A stretch of 64,000 nt of DNA from an uncultured Actinomycetes bacterium (GTDB lineage Bacteria > Actinomycetota > UBA4738 > JBBDTT01): NCBI GenBank assembly GCA_963742735.1, contig CAVUMN010000004.1, forward strand, positions 288,001 through 352,000, given 5' to 3'. The notes under the pieces are model-generated. The model saw only the letters and a list, made by a program, of their open reading frames with translations. It ran no database searches and had not been told where the DNA came from. Of the stretch, positions 48,372-59,631 are shown piece by piece (positions within the stretch are counted from its first letter, which is position 1; every line of letters begins with the position of its first letter). Both the position numbers and the translations under genes were made by a program.

Positions 48372-50693
48372 TTAGTCCAGGTGATAGGGGACGCTGGTCA
48401 GGACGACGCGCTGCTCGAACAGCAGCTCCCGCTTGATGAACAGCGCCGTGTTGTTGTGCAGCAGGCCGTGCCACCACTTGTCGAGCACGAACTCGGGGAG
48501 GATCACGACGCAGAGGGTGTCGGGGTCGGCGGTCACCCGGCGGACCTCGCGCAGGACCGGTTCCGCCAGGTCGCGGAACGGCGCTTCCACGATGTCGAGC
48601 GGGATCTGGATGCCCGAGAGCGCCCAGGCCTCGGCGACCTTCTGGATCTCCTCCGGGTCCAGGGCGAAGTAGACCGCCCGCGTCTCGGCCGCCCGGAGCG
48701 ACATGGCGTAGTTCGCGGCCCGGATCGTGGCGTCGTGGACCGCGGAGACGAACACGAGGGTCTCCACGCGGTTGGGGATCAGGGCGCGCGCGTCCACGCC
48801 GACGGGCTCGCCCCGCAGCACCTGGACCGTCGCGTTCGACACGACGACGCCGGGCTCGCTTAGCAGGCGGAACTTGATCCGCGTCTGCGGCGTGCGCCGC
48901 AGGAGCGTGAGGATGACGCTGCGGGTCGAGACCATCTCCGGGATCACGACCGTGACGAAGTCGCTCGGGTCGCGTTCGATGCCGCGGAGGTAGTCGCGAA
49001 CGGTCCGCCCCGGATGACGACCCGTGAACGGGAGCACCTCGAGGTCGGGGGCCCCCTCGCCGGCCAGGGTGTGCCACCGCTCCTGCAGGTCGGCCGGCGT
49101 CCCCCGAGTGGGCAGGTAGACGAAATGGGGGTCCTCGGGCCGGAGCGATCGCACGTAGCCGAGGGCCTCCGCGGCCGCCGCGTCGAAGTCGGTGAGCACC
49201 AGCACGATGATGTTGCGGGCGGGCTGGCCGGGGACCACCGAGCCGGTGCGGAGCTGGCGTCCGACCCGGCCGTAGTGGTGCTCCACCAGGAGCATGGCCA
49301 CCACCATCACCGCCATCGCGACCATGACGATCCAGCCGCCGTGCGTGAACTTGGTGAGGACGACGACGACCAGGACGACGCCCGTGGCCACCGCCCCGAC
49401 CGCGTTGATGGCCAGGCTCCGCCGCCATCGCTTCGGGGCCTCGGTCCGGCCAAGTCGGAGCCAGCGCCGCACCATGCCGGACTGGGACAGGGTGAATGCG
49501 GTGAACACCCCGATCACGTAGAGCTGGATGAGCGCGGTCAGGTTCGCGTCGTAGGCCCAGATGAGCAGCCCGGCCAGGACCGACAGGACCAGGACGCCGT
49601 TGGAGAACACCAGGCGATCACCGCGGTTACGGAACTGGCTGGGCACGAACCGGTCGCGGGCCAGGATCGCGGAGAGCCGCGGGAAGTCCTGGTAGGCCGT
49701 GTTCGCAGCGAGCACCAGGATCAGCGCGGTGAACACCTGCAGCACGTAGAACATGACCGCGCCCTCGCCGTAGACGGTCTCGCCGATCTGGGCCAGAACG
49801 GACTTCGCGCCGTGCAGCTCCTCGCTGACGTGGACGTCGAACGAACGGGCCAGGAACGTGATGCCGAGGAACATCGAGATCGACATCGCGCCCATGATCC
49901 CCAGCGTCGCAGCCGCGTTCTTCGCCTGCGGCCGGCGGAAGGCCTGGACGCCGTCGGCGATCGCCTCGACGCCGGTCAGCGCCGTGGACCCCGAGGCGAA
50001 GGCCCGGGCGATGAGGAAGAGCGTCACGGGGCCGGCCGTCTCGAGATGCACGTTCGCGGAGGCCGCCTGCGGGCACCCGTTGAGGCAGTCGATGAAGCCG
50101 ACGATCAGCGTGACGAACACGGTCGCCACGAACCCGTACGTCGGGATGGCGAACAGCGCGCCGGCCTCCTTCGACCCTCGGAGGTTCGCCAGCATGACCA
50201 GCGCGAGGAGGCCCAGGGCGATCGGCACGCGCCTGCTCGCCAGGCCGGGCGCCGCGGAGACGATCGCCAGCGTCCCGGCCGTGGTGCTGACCGCCGCCGT
50301 CAGGACGTAGTCGGAGAGGATGGCCGCCGCCGCGATGAGGCCGGGGAACTTCCCGAGGTTCTCCCGGGCCACGATGTAGGACCCACCGCCCTGCGGATAG
50401 GCCCGCACCGTCTGGCGATACGAGGTGATCACGATCGCCAGCACCGCGGCGATCACGAACGAGATCGGCAGCATGTACGAGAACGCCACCGCGCCGGCCA
50501 CCGCCAGGACGAGCATCATCTCCTCGGTGGCGTAGGCGACCGAGGAGAGCGGGTCGGAGGAGAACACCGGCAGCGCCAGGACCTTCGGGAGCAGCGTGTG
50601 CTCGAGCTTGTGGCTGGCCATGGCCCGGCCGACGAAGATCCGTTTGATGATCTCGCCGACGCCGGCGCCTCGCTCGCGGGTATCCAGGGCCAT
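48372..50693 (-). CDS. APC-family permease, KimA-like (putative K+/H+ symporter), copy 1
   Basis: SSDPLSSVAYATEE, SYRQTVRAYPQGGGSY, LTGVEAI, ANTAYQDFP, LYVIGVF; cytoplasmic C-terminal domain ending LLHN. Confidence 0.88.
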   Translation of the reverse strand: MALDTRERGAGVGEIIKRIFVGRAMASHKLEHTLLPKVLALPVFSSDPLSSVAYATEEMMLVLAVAGAVAFSYMLPISFVIAAVLAIVITSYRQTVRAYPQGGGSYIVARENLGKFPGLIAAAAILSDYVLTAAVSTTAGTLAIVSAAPGLASRRVPIALGLLALVMLANLRGSKEAGALFAIPTYGFVATVFVTLIVGFIDCLNGCPQAASANVHLETAGPVTLFLIARAFASGSTALTGVEAIADGVQAFRRPQAKNAAATLGIMGAMSISMFLGITFLARSFDVHVSEELHGAKSVLAQIGETVYGEGAVMFYVLQVFTALILVLAANTAYQDFPRLSAILARDRFVPSQFRNRGDRLVFSNGVLVLSVLAGLLIWAYDANLTALIQLYVIGVFTAFTLSQSGMVRRWLRLGRTEAPKRWRRSLAINAVGAVATGVVLVVVVLTKFTHGGWIVMVAMAVMVVAMLLVEHHYGRVGRQLRTGSVVPGQPARNIIVLVLTDFDAAAAEALGYVRSLRPEDPHFVYLPTRGTPADLQERWHTLAGEGAPDLEVLPFTGRHPGRTVRDYLRGIERDPSDFVTVVIPEMVSTRSVILTLLRRTPQTRIKFRLLSEPGVVVSNATVQVLRGEPVGVDARALIPNRVETLVFVSAVHDATIRAANYAMSLRAAETRAVYFALDPEEIQKVAEAWALSGIQIPLDIVEAPFRDLAEPVLREVRRVTADPDTLCVVILPEFVLDKWWHGLLHNNTALFIKRELLFEQRVVLTSVPYHLD

Positions 50694-50705
50694 CGGCCCG
50701 CGATC

Positions 50706-51415
50706 CTATCCCCCGGCCGCACCCTCCACGGGGATGCCTCGGCCCACCGGTAGCCGACGCCGGGCTCGGTCAGGATCCGGCGGGGCCGCTGGGGCTCCGC
50801 CTCGAGCTTCTTCCTCAGCCCGGCGACGTAGACCCGGAGGTAGTGGCTCTCGTCCCCGTAGCCGGCTCCCCACACCCGCTGCAGGAGCCACCGATGGGTG
50901 AGCAGCTTGCCGGGGTTGCGTCACGAAGGCCTCCAGCAGCAGGTACTCGGTTGGCGGTGAGGTGCACATCCTCGCCGCCGCGGCGGACCAGCCGCTTGCC
51001 GAGGTCCACCTGGAGGTCCCCGAACGCCACGACGGGCTCGGCCATGTGCGGCGCGCCCGTGCGGCGGGACACGGCACGGATACGGGCGAGGACCTCCTCG
51101 ATCGCGAACGGCTTCGTGACGTAGTCGTCGGCGCCGGCGTCGAGCGCGGCGACCTTGTCGGCGTGGGCCTCGCGGACCGACAGCACGATGATCGGCACCT
51201 CGGACCAGGTCCGGATGCGCCGGGTGGCCTCGATGCCGTCGATGCCGGGAAGGCCGATGTCCATGATCACCAGGTCGGTCTCGCGGGTGGCAAGAGCTGT
51301 CCAGGCCCGTCTCGGCGTTGGGGGCCGTCTCCACCTCGTAGCCGCGCGCCTGCAGGCTGGTCCGCAGCGCGCGCAGGATCTGCGGTTCGTCGTCGACGAC
51401 CAGGACCCGGGTCAT
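50706..51415 (-). CDS. kdpE: OmpR-family response regulator, KdpE-like (frameshifted)
   Basis: MTRVLVVDDEPQI, DIGLPGIDG, ALDAGADDYVTKPF, YLRVYVAGLRKKLE, ILTEPGVGYR across frames. Confidence 0.8.
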
Positions 51416-52840
51416 CCGGCGCCGGGCTCGGCGCGGGGCGAGCCTCCCGGGATCTCGAACACCATCGTCGTGCCCCCACCGGGCGTCTCCTCGATCCAGA
51501 TCCGGCCCCCGTGCACCGAGACGATCGCGCGGGCGATGGCCAGGCCGAGGCCGGTCCCGGTCGATGCGCCCTCGGCGTCGCCGCGCGCGAAGGCCTCGAA
51601 GACCCGGTCTCGCTGATCGGCCGGGATGCCCGGCCCCCGGTCGGCCACCCGGACCTGCACGCCGCCGTGCCACCGGGCGACCGTGACGTCGATGGGCCCC
51701 GCCGGAGGCGAGAACTTCACGGCGTTCTCGACGAGGTTCGACACGACCTGGTCCATCTGGACCGGGTCGGCCCACAGCTCCGGGAGCTCGTCGCGGACCT
51801 TGACGTTCACGGTCCGGCCGTTCAGGAGCGGGCGCAGATCCGGGCGACCACCGCGTCGACCAGCTCGCCGGCCTCCACCGGGACCTTGGCCGGCACCAGC
51901 GCCCCGGTCCGGATGCGCGACAGGTCGAGCAGGTTGGCGACCAGACGGTTCAGGCGGTCGGTCTCCTCCAGGATCGTCCGCAGCAGTTCTTGCTCGCTGC
52001 GCGTCGTCGAAGGCCACGGTCGCGTCGAGCAGGCTGGTCACCGACGCCTTGATCGATGCGAGGGGCGTCCGCAGGTCGTGGGTCACCGAGCCGAACAGCG
52101 CGGCCCGGACCTCGCTCGACTGCGCGTCCAGCTCCGCGCGGCGCGCGGCCTCGTCGATGCGCGCGGCCTCCATCACCAGGCCGAGTTGGCCGGCGAACGT
52201 CCGGAGCAACGACGGTGTCGTCCTCGGGAGGAAGCTCGCCGCGGGCCTCGAGCCTGCCGATGTCGCGGTCCCCGACACGCAGCGGCAGGACGAACGTCGG
52301 CTCCCACGGCCCGGTCTCGACCGCCGCCCGGGAGATGGGCGGGTCGTCGACCGTGATGCGCACATCCAGGAACTCGAACACCCGGGCGACGTCGACGACG
52401 GCGACCTCGATGATGCGCTCGGCCGCCTCGCGGGCCCGCAGCCTGGCCAGCAAGCCGTAGAGCACTCGCGCCTGCTCCTCGCGGCGCTCGGCGCGGCGGC
52501 GCTGGTCGACGCCCGGCCGACGAGCGCAACCCACCGGAACGAGGCTCCCAGGAAGACGAGCGAGGGCGACGACGTCCTCGCCGGACTCGACCCGGAGCGT
52601 GTGCAGCGGCGCGTGAACAGGTAGTTCAGGCCGACGAAGGACAGCGCCGACGCGAGCACCCCGGCCGCGATCCCCCCGACCCACGCGGCGGCGACGACGG
52701 CCAGCACGTACAGGAGCGCGGCGACCGTCGTCGTCGGCGTCGACCGCACGGCCGGCCAGCGACGCCAGGGCGGGGACGCCGGCCCCCGCCAGCAGCGTCA
52801 GCCACAGGGGCTGGCCGCGTCGCGGAGGCATCGGTCGCAT
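51412..52840 (-). CDS. KdpD-like sensor histidine kinase lacking the N-terminal KdpD/USP domains (frameshifted)
   Basis: DUF4118-like TM region (GLNYLF), THDLRTPLASIKA, NLVENAVK, D.GPG, GLGLAI. Confidence 0.75.
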
Positions 52841-52890
52841 CGGATCCAGCTTGCGCCCGGCCTCCGGCGCCGACAACCCGGCGCATGCAC

Positions 52891-52940
52891 CTTTACGACA
52901 TCTTTGCGAGGCAGGCCCGGGCCTTGACGGGGCCCTGACG
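52891..52940. promoter_or_regulatory. Four direct-repeat half-sites, candidate KdpE (OmpR-type) boxes
   Basis: CTTTACG 52891, CTTTGCG 52902, CTTGACG 52923, CCTGACG 52934; 11-bp period within each pair. Confidence 0.6.
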
Positions 52941-52962
52941 GGGCACGGTCGATGCTCGATCC

Positions 52963-55401
52963 GTGAGCCGATCCGAGCCCTCGCCGATGCGGGTCACCGA
53001 CGTCGCCAAGCGCCTCCTGCTGGGACGTCCGATGGCCACCGCCCAGCTCGAGCACGAGCGGCTGGGCAAGCCGACCGCCCTCGCCGTCTTCGCCTCCGAC
53101 AACTTCTCCTCGTCGGCGTACGCCACCGAGGAGATCCTGCGCGTCCTGGTCCCGGCCGTCGGCGTCGCGGCGTTCGCCCTGGTGGTGCCGATCTCGATGG
53201 CGCTCCTCGGGGTGCTCGCGATCCTGCTGTTCTCCTACCGCCAGACGATCAAGGCCTATCCCGACGGCGGGCGGCGCCTACATCGTCACGAAGGACAACT
53301 TCGGGCTGCTGACCGCGCAGGTCGCGGGCGTCGCCCTCCTCACCGACTACGTGCTCACCGTATCCGTGTCGGTGGCGGCCGGAGTCCAGGCGCTGTCCTC
53401 GTCCGTCGGGGCCGGTGCACGACTACCGGGTCCTGATCTGCGGTCGCGTTCATCTGGATCATCGCGTGGGGAAACCTCCGTGGGGTCCGGGAGTCGGGCC
53501 GGATCTTCGCGCTGCCCACCTACCTCTTCATCTTCAGCATGCTCGTGCTGCTGGGGACGGGCCTGGTCAAGGCCTTGGCCGGCGGGCTGCAGCCGGTCCC
53601 TCCCCGCGGAGAGCAGACGGGAGCGACCGGGGTGGTCGCGGTGGCCGGCATGGTGCTCGTCCTGCGCGCGTTCGCGTCGGGTGGCGCGGCGGTGACCGGC
53701 GTCGAGGCGATCAGCAACGGCGTGCCGGCGTTCCGCAGGCCCGCGTGGAAGAACGCTCGCACCACTCTGATGTGGATGGGGACCATCCTCGGCACGCTGT
53801 TCATCGGGCTGTCCCTGCTCGCCGCGAAACTGCACATCTTTCCGGTGGAGGACGAGAGCAAGTCGGTCGTGGCCCAGATCGCGGAGGCGGTGTTCGGGAC
53901 CTCGGGACTCGGCAATGCCGCCGTCGTCGTCCTGCTCGCCTCGACGATGCTGATCCTGGTCCTGGCAGCCAACACCTCGTTCGCAGACTTCCCGCGCCTG
54001 GCGAACTTCCACGCGGGCGACAACTTCCTGCCACGCCAGTTCACCAAGCGCGGCCACCGGCTGGTGTTCTCCTCCGGGATCATCTGGCTCGCCGTCGCAT
54101 CGAGCGCCTTGGTCGTGGCGTTCAACGCGAGCGTGACGAACCTGATCCCGCTCTACGCGCTGGGCGTGTTCACCTCCTTCACGCTGTCGCAGGCCGGAAT
54201 GGCCAAACGACATCTCCGTCTGCGGGAGCCGGGGTGGCGAGTGGGCCTCGCGATCAACGGCCTAGGTGCGGTCGTGACGGGGGTCGTGGACGTCGTGATC
54301 GCGATCGTCAAGTTCAAGCCGAAGGGGAGCGTGGGCGGCGCCTGGATGGTCCTGGTCCTGGTCCCGGTGCTCGTGTTCCTGCTCGTGCGGATGAACCACC
54401 AGTACGAGGCGGAGGACCGAGAGCTGACGGACGGGCTCGATCGAGCCGAGGACCTCCCGCCGAGGATCCATCGGCTGGCGGTGCTCGTGGACCGGATCGA
54501 CGAGAAGACCATGCACGCGGTCCAGTACGCGCTCACCGTGGCGCCGCGTTCCCTGGACCTGCTCCACATCTCCACGGACTCACAGGCGACGGCGGAGCTC
54601 GTCCGGGCCTGGACGGCGAGGGGGCCGCGCCGCCAGCTCCTGGTGCGTCCGTGTGCGCAGGATCGCCGGACCTGCATCGCCGGCTACGCGCGCGAGGTGG
54701 TCGCCAGGGGTGAGGCGCTGACGTTCGTGGTCCCGGGACCGGCGCGGCTCTCGTGGTGGGAGCGGGTCCGCCACGGGCGAACCGGAGACGACGTTCGGGA
54801 GGCCGTGGGAGATCTCCCCGGCGTCATCGTCGTCGTGATCCGCGAACACGGCGGCAGCGGTCACCAGGCGCTCGGCCCGGACGGGAAGGTCCGTGTATCG
54901 CCCCGGCCCCACCACGCGGTTGCGGTCTTCGTCGACCGACTCGATCGCTCCACCCTGTTGGCCCTCCGGTACGCGCGATCGCTCAACCCCGACGACGTCA
55001 TGGCCTACCACGTCGGCGTCGACCCCGAGCGAGCGGCGCGTCTCCTGGAGTCCTGGCCTGCAGTTGGCGGGCGCAACGGGATCCCCCTGCAGGCGGTGCA
55101 CTGCCCGGACCGCAACATCGGCCGCGCGGCCGTGGACATCGTCACGGATCTCGAGGGGCCGGGCACCGAGGTCACCGTCGTCCTGCCTCGGCGCATCACC
55201 ACCCGGCTGTGGCACCGCCTTCTGCACGACCGCACCGGGCGCACCCTGGCTCGAGCCCTGTCGGGGCGGCCCCACGTGGACGTGGTGACGGTCCCATATC
55301 GGCTCGGGACTGCGAGGCCCACCCGGATGGCCGATCCGCCGGGCCCGTCAGCCGAAACCCCCGGGGTGCGCGAGCCCGCGGGTTCCGCAGGCCGCGCGTA
55401 G
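52963..55401 (+). CDS. APC-family permease, KimA-like, copy 2 (frameshifts near 53270-53450)
   Basis: ASDNFSSSAYATEE, SYRQTIKAYP, VTGVEAISNG, ANTSFADFPRL, LYALGVF, LLHDRT. Confidence 0.82.
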
Positions 55402-55411
55402 ACTTCGAATC

Positions 55412-56071
55412 GTGCACGTCGTCATCATGGGATGCGGCCGCGTCGGCGCGGAGCTCACCGTCCAGCTGTCGAAGGGCGGCCACAGTGTGGCGATCGTCGA
55501 CAAGCGGGCGACGGCGTTCGACCGCCTCCCCCCGGGGTTCGAGGCCCGCACCATCGTCGGCCTCGGCTTCGACCGGGAGACCCTCGAGGAGGCCGGAATC
55601 AAGGAGGCTGACGCGTTCGTCGCGGTCTCGAACGGCGACAACTCCAACATCGTCTCCGCGCGGATCGCCCGCGAGCACTACCACGTGCCCAAGGTCGTGG
55701 CTCGGATCTACGACCCCCGGCGCGCCGAGATCTACGAGCGCTTGAACATCCCGACGATCGCCACCGTCCGGTGGGCGGCCCGGCAGATCCAGTTCTTGCT
55801 GTTCCACGGCAAGGAGGAGCTGAAGGACTCCCTCGCGGGCGGCAACGTGTTCCTGCTGAGGATCGAGGTTCCCACGCACCTGGTCGGCAAGCCCGTCTCG
55901 AGCATCGGCGAAGAGGGGCAGATCGTGGTGGCCGGCATCGACCGCGGCGGGGCGGGGTTCATCCCCAAGTCCGACAGCACCTTCCAGGAAGGTGACGTGA
56001 TGGACATCGTCGTGACCAAGGAATCGATGGACAAGCTCGACACCCAGCTCGAGCCCCTGGCGGAGCACTAG
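55412..56071 (+). CDS. trkA: TrkA family potassium uptake RCK protein
   Basis: MHVVIMGCGRVG, GDNSNI, ARIYDPRRAEIYERL. Confidence 0.92.
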   Translation: MHVVIMGCGRVGAELTVQLSKGGHSVAIVDKRATAFDRLPPGFEARTIVGLGFDRETLEEAGIKEADAFVAVSNGDNSNIVSARIAREHYHVPKVVARIYDPRRAEIYERLNIPTIATVRWAARQIQFLLFHGKEELKDSLAGGNVFLLRIEVPTHLVGKPVSSIGEEGQIVVAGIDRGGAGFIPKSDSTFQEGDVMDIVVTKESMDKLDTQLEPLAEH

Positions 56072-56740
56072 TGAAGGTCGTCATCGCCGGGGGGGGCAAC
56101 GTCGGCCGGCACCTCTCGACCGACCTGGCCGAGCGCGGCCACGAGGTCACCCTGATCGAGCAGGACACCGCCGTCGATCGAGAAGGCCAAGCCCGACATC
56201 GGCGACGAGGTCACGATCATCCTCGGCGATGCGTGCGAGCCGTGGGTGCTGGAGAGCGCGACGTGCGACACCGCGGACGTGGTCGTCGCCGCCACCGGTG
56301 ACGACGAGGACAACCTGGTGATCTCGCTGCTGGCCAAGCAGGAGTACGCAGTCCCCCGCGTGGTCGCTCGCGTGAACCACCCGAAGAACGAGTGGCTGTT
56401 CACCGAGACGTGGGGAGTGGACGCGGCGGTGAGCCCGCCGCACGTCCTGACCGCGCTCGTCGAGGAGGCCGTGACGGTCGGCGACCTGGTCCGCCTGATG
56501 CGACTGGAGGGTGGCCAGGTCTCGCTCGTCGAGCTCACCCTCGGGCCCGACTCACCGAACGCCGGCAAGCCCCTGTACGAGCTCCGGCTCCCGGCGGACT
56601 CGGCGGTCGTCGCGATCGTCCGTCAGGGCCACGTCGTCATCCCCCAGCCCGAGACGCAGCTGGTGGGCGGCGACGAGATCATGGCGATCAGCTCGGTGGA
56701 GTCCGAGGCCGCTCTGCGACAGGCCATCCGCGGCGAGTAG
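56071..56740 (+). CDS. trkA: Second TrkA family RCK protein (one frameshift near 56175)
   Basis: MKVVIAGGGNVG ... GDACEP, ATGDDEDNL, NEWLFTETWGVD, TrkA-C domain. Confidence 0.85.
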
Positions 56741-56745
56741 TCCCG

Positions 56746-57123
56746 CTAGGCGAACTCGTACCTCGGGTTCACGACCTTCAGGCCCTCGCGCGTCTTGCCC
56801 ACCACGCCCTCGAGGATCAGCCGCGTCCCCAGCACGAGGCCGGGGATCGAGGCCCGGCCCATCCACGTCGCAGTGACCTCCCCCGTCCCGTCGGAGACCA
56901 CGGCCTCGATGGCCTGCTTGCCTTCGGTGGGGATGACCGTGATGCGGTTGACGATGCCGGCGACCCGGACCGGCTTGCGCAACGGGACCTCGGCCAGGCG
57001 CTCGGTCCCCGGGACGTGGCTGGCCCAGTCGAGCGTCTCGTCGGCCAGGCGCTCCTCGTCGGACTCGGAGAGCCTGCGGCCGAACCGGCGGAACCAACCG
57101 CCGATCCGGCCGATCAGACCCAC
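56746..57123 (-). CDS. OB-fold nucleic acid-binding domain protein
   Basis: V.VAG.V..I, SDGTGEVTATWMGR..IPG, VNPRYE; usual neighbour of actinobacterial trkA pairs. Confidence 0.8.
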   Translation of the reverse strand: MGLIGRIGGWFRRFGRRLSESDEERLADETLDWASHVPGTERLAEVPLRKPVRVAGIVNRITVIPTEGKQAIEAVVSDGTGEVTATWMGRASIPGLVLGTRLILEGVVGKTREGLKVVNPRYEFA

Positions 57124-57131
57124 GTCGATCT

Positions 57132-59555
57132 CTAGCGAGGGCCGCGCCGGGCCGCGGGCTTGCGGGCCGGCGCCTTCTTGGCGACGACCTTCTTCGCCGG
57201 GGCCACCTTCGCGGTCGCCTTCTTCGCCCGGGCCCGTGGAAGCGGGATGTCCTTCGCCTCTGCCTGGACCGCCTCGCCGACGGAGGGCTCCTCCGCCGCC
57301 TGGATCTCCTCGACCATGAGCTCGCTCTTCCGCGACTTCGAGACGTAGATGGCCCCGGCCAGGATCGCCACGCCGCCCGCGGCGATCGACAGACGGCCGC
57401 CGGTGTTGGACGCCATGCTGACGACGACCGGCGCGATCAGCAGGGCCACCAGGTTCATGACCTTGATCAGCGGGTTGAGGGCGGGGCCGGCCGTGTCCTT
57501 GAACGGGTCGCCGACCGTGTCGCCGATGACCGTCGCCTTGTGCGACTCCGAGCCCTTGCCGCCGTAGTTGCCCTCCTCGACGAGCTTCTTGGCGTTGTCC
57601 CACGCGCCGCCCGCGTTCGAGAGCATGACCGCGAGGAGCTGGCCGGTCAGGATCGACCCGGCCAGGAACGCGCCCAGGGCCTCGGCCTTCAGCGCGAACC
57701 CGACGACCACGGGTGTGAGGACCGCGAGCAGGCCCGGCGTCATCAGCTCGCGGAGCGAGGTCCGCGTGCAGATGTCCACCACCCGGCCGTAGTCCGGCTT
57801 CTCCTCGTAGGTCATGATCCCGGGGTGGTCCCGGAACTGGTTGCGGACCTCGACGACGACCTGCGAGGCCGCGCGGCCCACCGCCCGGATCGCGAGCGAC
57901 GCGAACAGGAACGCCACCGCCCCGCCGATGAGCAGGCCGACCAGGACGTCCGGTGAGTCGACCCGGATGCCCTGGAAGTCGAAGCCCTCCCCGATGAGCG
58001 CCTCCCGGAACGAGCCGAACAGCGACGTCGCCGCGATGACCGCCGTCGCGATGGCCATACCCTTGGTGATCGCCTTCGTCGAGTTCCCGACCGCGTCGAG
58101 CGACTGCAGGATCTCCGCGGGCCGTCCCTCGAACTCGCCCGACATCTCCGCGATGCCCTGCGCGTTGTCCGAAACCGGGCCGAACGTGTCCATCGACACG
58201 ATCACGCCGACGGTGGTGAGCATCCCCATGCCGGTCAGCGAGATGAAGTACAGGCGCTCGGCGATCGAGTCGCCCAGCAGGAAGGCGCCCATGATCGCGG
58301 CGCCGATCAGCAGGATCGACCACACGGTCGACTCCAGTCCCACCGAGAACCCGGACAGCACCGTCGTCGCCGCTCCGGTCTGGGAGGACTCGGCCACCTC
58401 GAGGACCGGCTTTCGGGTGGTGGAGGTGAAGTGCTCGGTGAGCAGCTGGATGCCGGTCGCGAGGCCGAGGCCGATCACGACGGCCCAGAACGGCCGCAGG
58501 TCGTCCATGTAGTTCTGCGCCAGGAAGTAGACGCCGATGACGCTGACGATCGTCGAGAGGAAGAACCCCCGGTTGATCGCCTTCATCCCGTGCTCGTTCT
58601 CGCTCCGCGGCGTGACACCGAGGATGCCGATGATCGAGGTGACCACCCCGATGGCCCGGACGAACAGCGGGAACATCACGCCGACGATGGCGCCCTTCGG
58701 CGAGCCGGCGAACGCGGCGGCGCCCAGGATCAGCGACGCCACCAGGGTGACCTCGTAGGACTCGAACAGGTCGGCCGCCATCCCCGCGCAGTCGCCCACG
58801 TTGTCGCCGACGTTGTCCGCGATCGTTGCGGCGTTGCGTGGGTCGTCCTCGGGGATGTTCTTCTCGACCTTGCCGACCAGGTCCGCCCCGACGTCGGCGG
58901 CCTTGGTGAAGATGCCGCCGCCGACCCGCATGAACATCGCGAGCAGCGCGCCGCCGAACCCGAACCCGACCAGCACCGACGTGGCCGCCTGCTTGTAGAT
59001 GAGCAGGATCACCGTCGCTCCGAGCAGGCCCAGGCCGACCGTGAACATGCCGGCCACGCCGCCCGCGCGGAACGCGATGCGCATCGCCTTGCGGAGCCCG
59101 CTCTCACGGGCCGCGTTGGCCGTCCGGACGTTGGCGCGGACGGCGAGCCACATCCCCGCGAAACCGGTGAGCGCCGAGAACCCGGCGCCGAGGATGAACG
59201 CGATCGAGCGGCCCAGGCGGATCGACGTCTCCGAGTACGCGATGCCTCCCGCCTCGTTGAGGATGTCGTGCGCCGGCAGCAGCGGATAGATGACGATCGT
59301 GAGGATCCCGAGGAACAGGCCCACGGTTCGGAACTGCCGGTTGAGGTACGCGCGGCTGCCCACCTGGATCGCCTCGGCGATCTCGCGCATCTTCGGCGTC
59401 CCCTCCGGCGCGGCGAGAACCTCGCGTCGAAGGTAGGCGGCGAAGATCAGGGCGACGATCGAGATCGCGAGGATGATCCAGAGCGAGTTCGTCTCGAATG
59501 AGCCGAAGACGGCCTCGATCGGCCCACCCTCCTGGGCCAGGTAGTGCATGGTCAT
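57132..59555 (-). CDS. hppA: Membrane-bound pyrophosphatase, predicted K+-independent H+-translocating
   Basis: [37 protein letters not shown]; Lys in GNSTKA. Confidence 0.93.
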   Translation of the reverse strand: MTMHYLAQEGGPIEAVFGSFETNSLWIILAISIVALIFAAYLRREVLAAPEGTPKMREIAEAIQVGSRAYLNRQFRTVGLFLGILTIVIYPLLPAHDILNEAGGIAYSETSIRLGRSIAFILGAGFSALTGFAGMWLAVRANVRTANAARESGLRKAMRIAFRAGGVAGMFTVGLGLLGATVILLIYKQAATSVLVGFGFGGALLAMFMRVGGGIFTKAADVGADLVGKVEKNIPEDDPRNAATIADNVGDNVGDCAGMAADLFESYEVTLVASLILGAAAFAGSPKGAIVGVMFPLFVRAIGVVTSIIGILGVTPRSENEHGMKAINRGFFLSTIVSVIGVYFLAQNYMDDLRPFWAVVIGLGLATGIQLLTEHFTSTTRKPVLEVAESSQTGAATTVLSGFSVGLESTVWSILLIGAAIMGAFLLGDSIAERLYFISLTGMGMLTTVGVIVSMDTFGPVSDNAQGIAEMSGEFEGRPAEILQSLDAVGNSTKAITKGMAIATAVIAATSLFGSFREALIGEGFDFQGIRVDSPDVLVGLLIGGAVAFLFASLAIRAVGRAASQVVVEVRNQFRDHPGIMTYEEKPDYGRVVDICTRTSLRELMTPGLLAVLTPVVVGFALKAEALGAFLAGSILTGQLLAVMLSNAGGAWDNAKKLVEEGNYGGKGSESHKATVIGDTVGDPFKDTAGPALNPLIKVMNLVALLIAPVVVSMASNTGGRLSIAAGGVAILAGAIYVSKSRKSELMVEEIQAAEEPSVGEAVQAEAKDIPLPRARAKKATAKVAPAKKVVAKKAPARKPAARRGPR

Positions 59556-59631
59556 TCCTCCTCAGTATCGAGTGGAGTACGCGGTCGGGCGCACGGGATC
59601 AGGTTCAGGAGCCCCGCAGGGCCGACGGATT

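Noticed and set aside
37699-56740. Many frameshifted genes (sensor kinase, response regulator, holB, tmk, kdpD/E-like, permease copy 2, second trkA) as pseudogenes or programmed frameshifts
   Set aside because: Normally essential holB and tmk are hit, the breaks look like short indels clustered in two stretches, and motifs are otherwise intact. Low-coverage long-read consensus error is the simplest explanation; read pileups would decide.
57132-59555. Calling the pyrophosphatase Na+-translocating
   Set aside because: Lys in GNSTKA marks the K+-independent group, which is generally H+-pumping.
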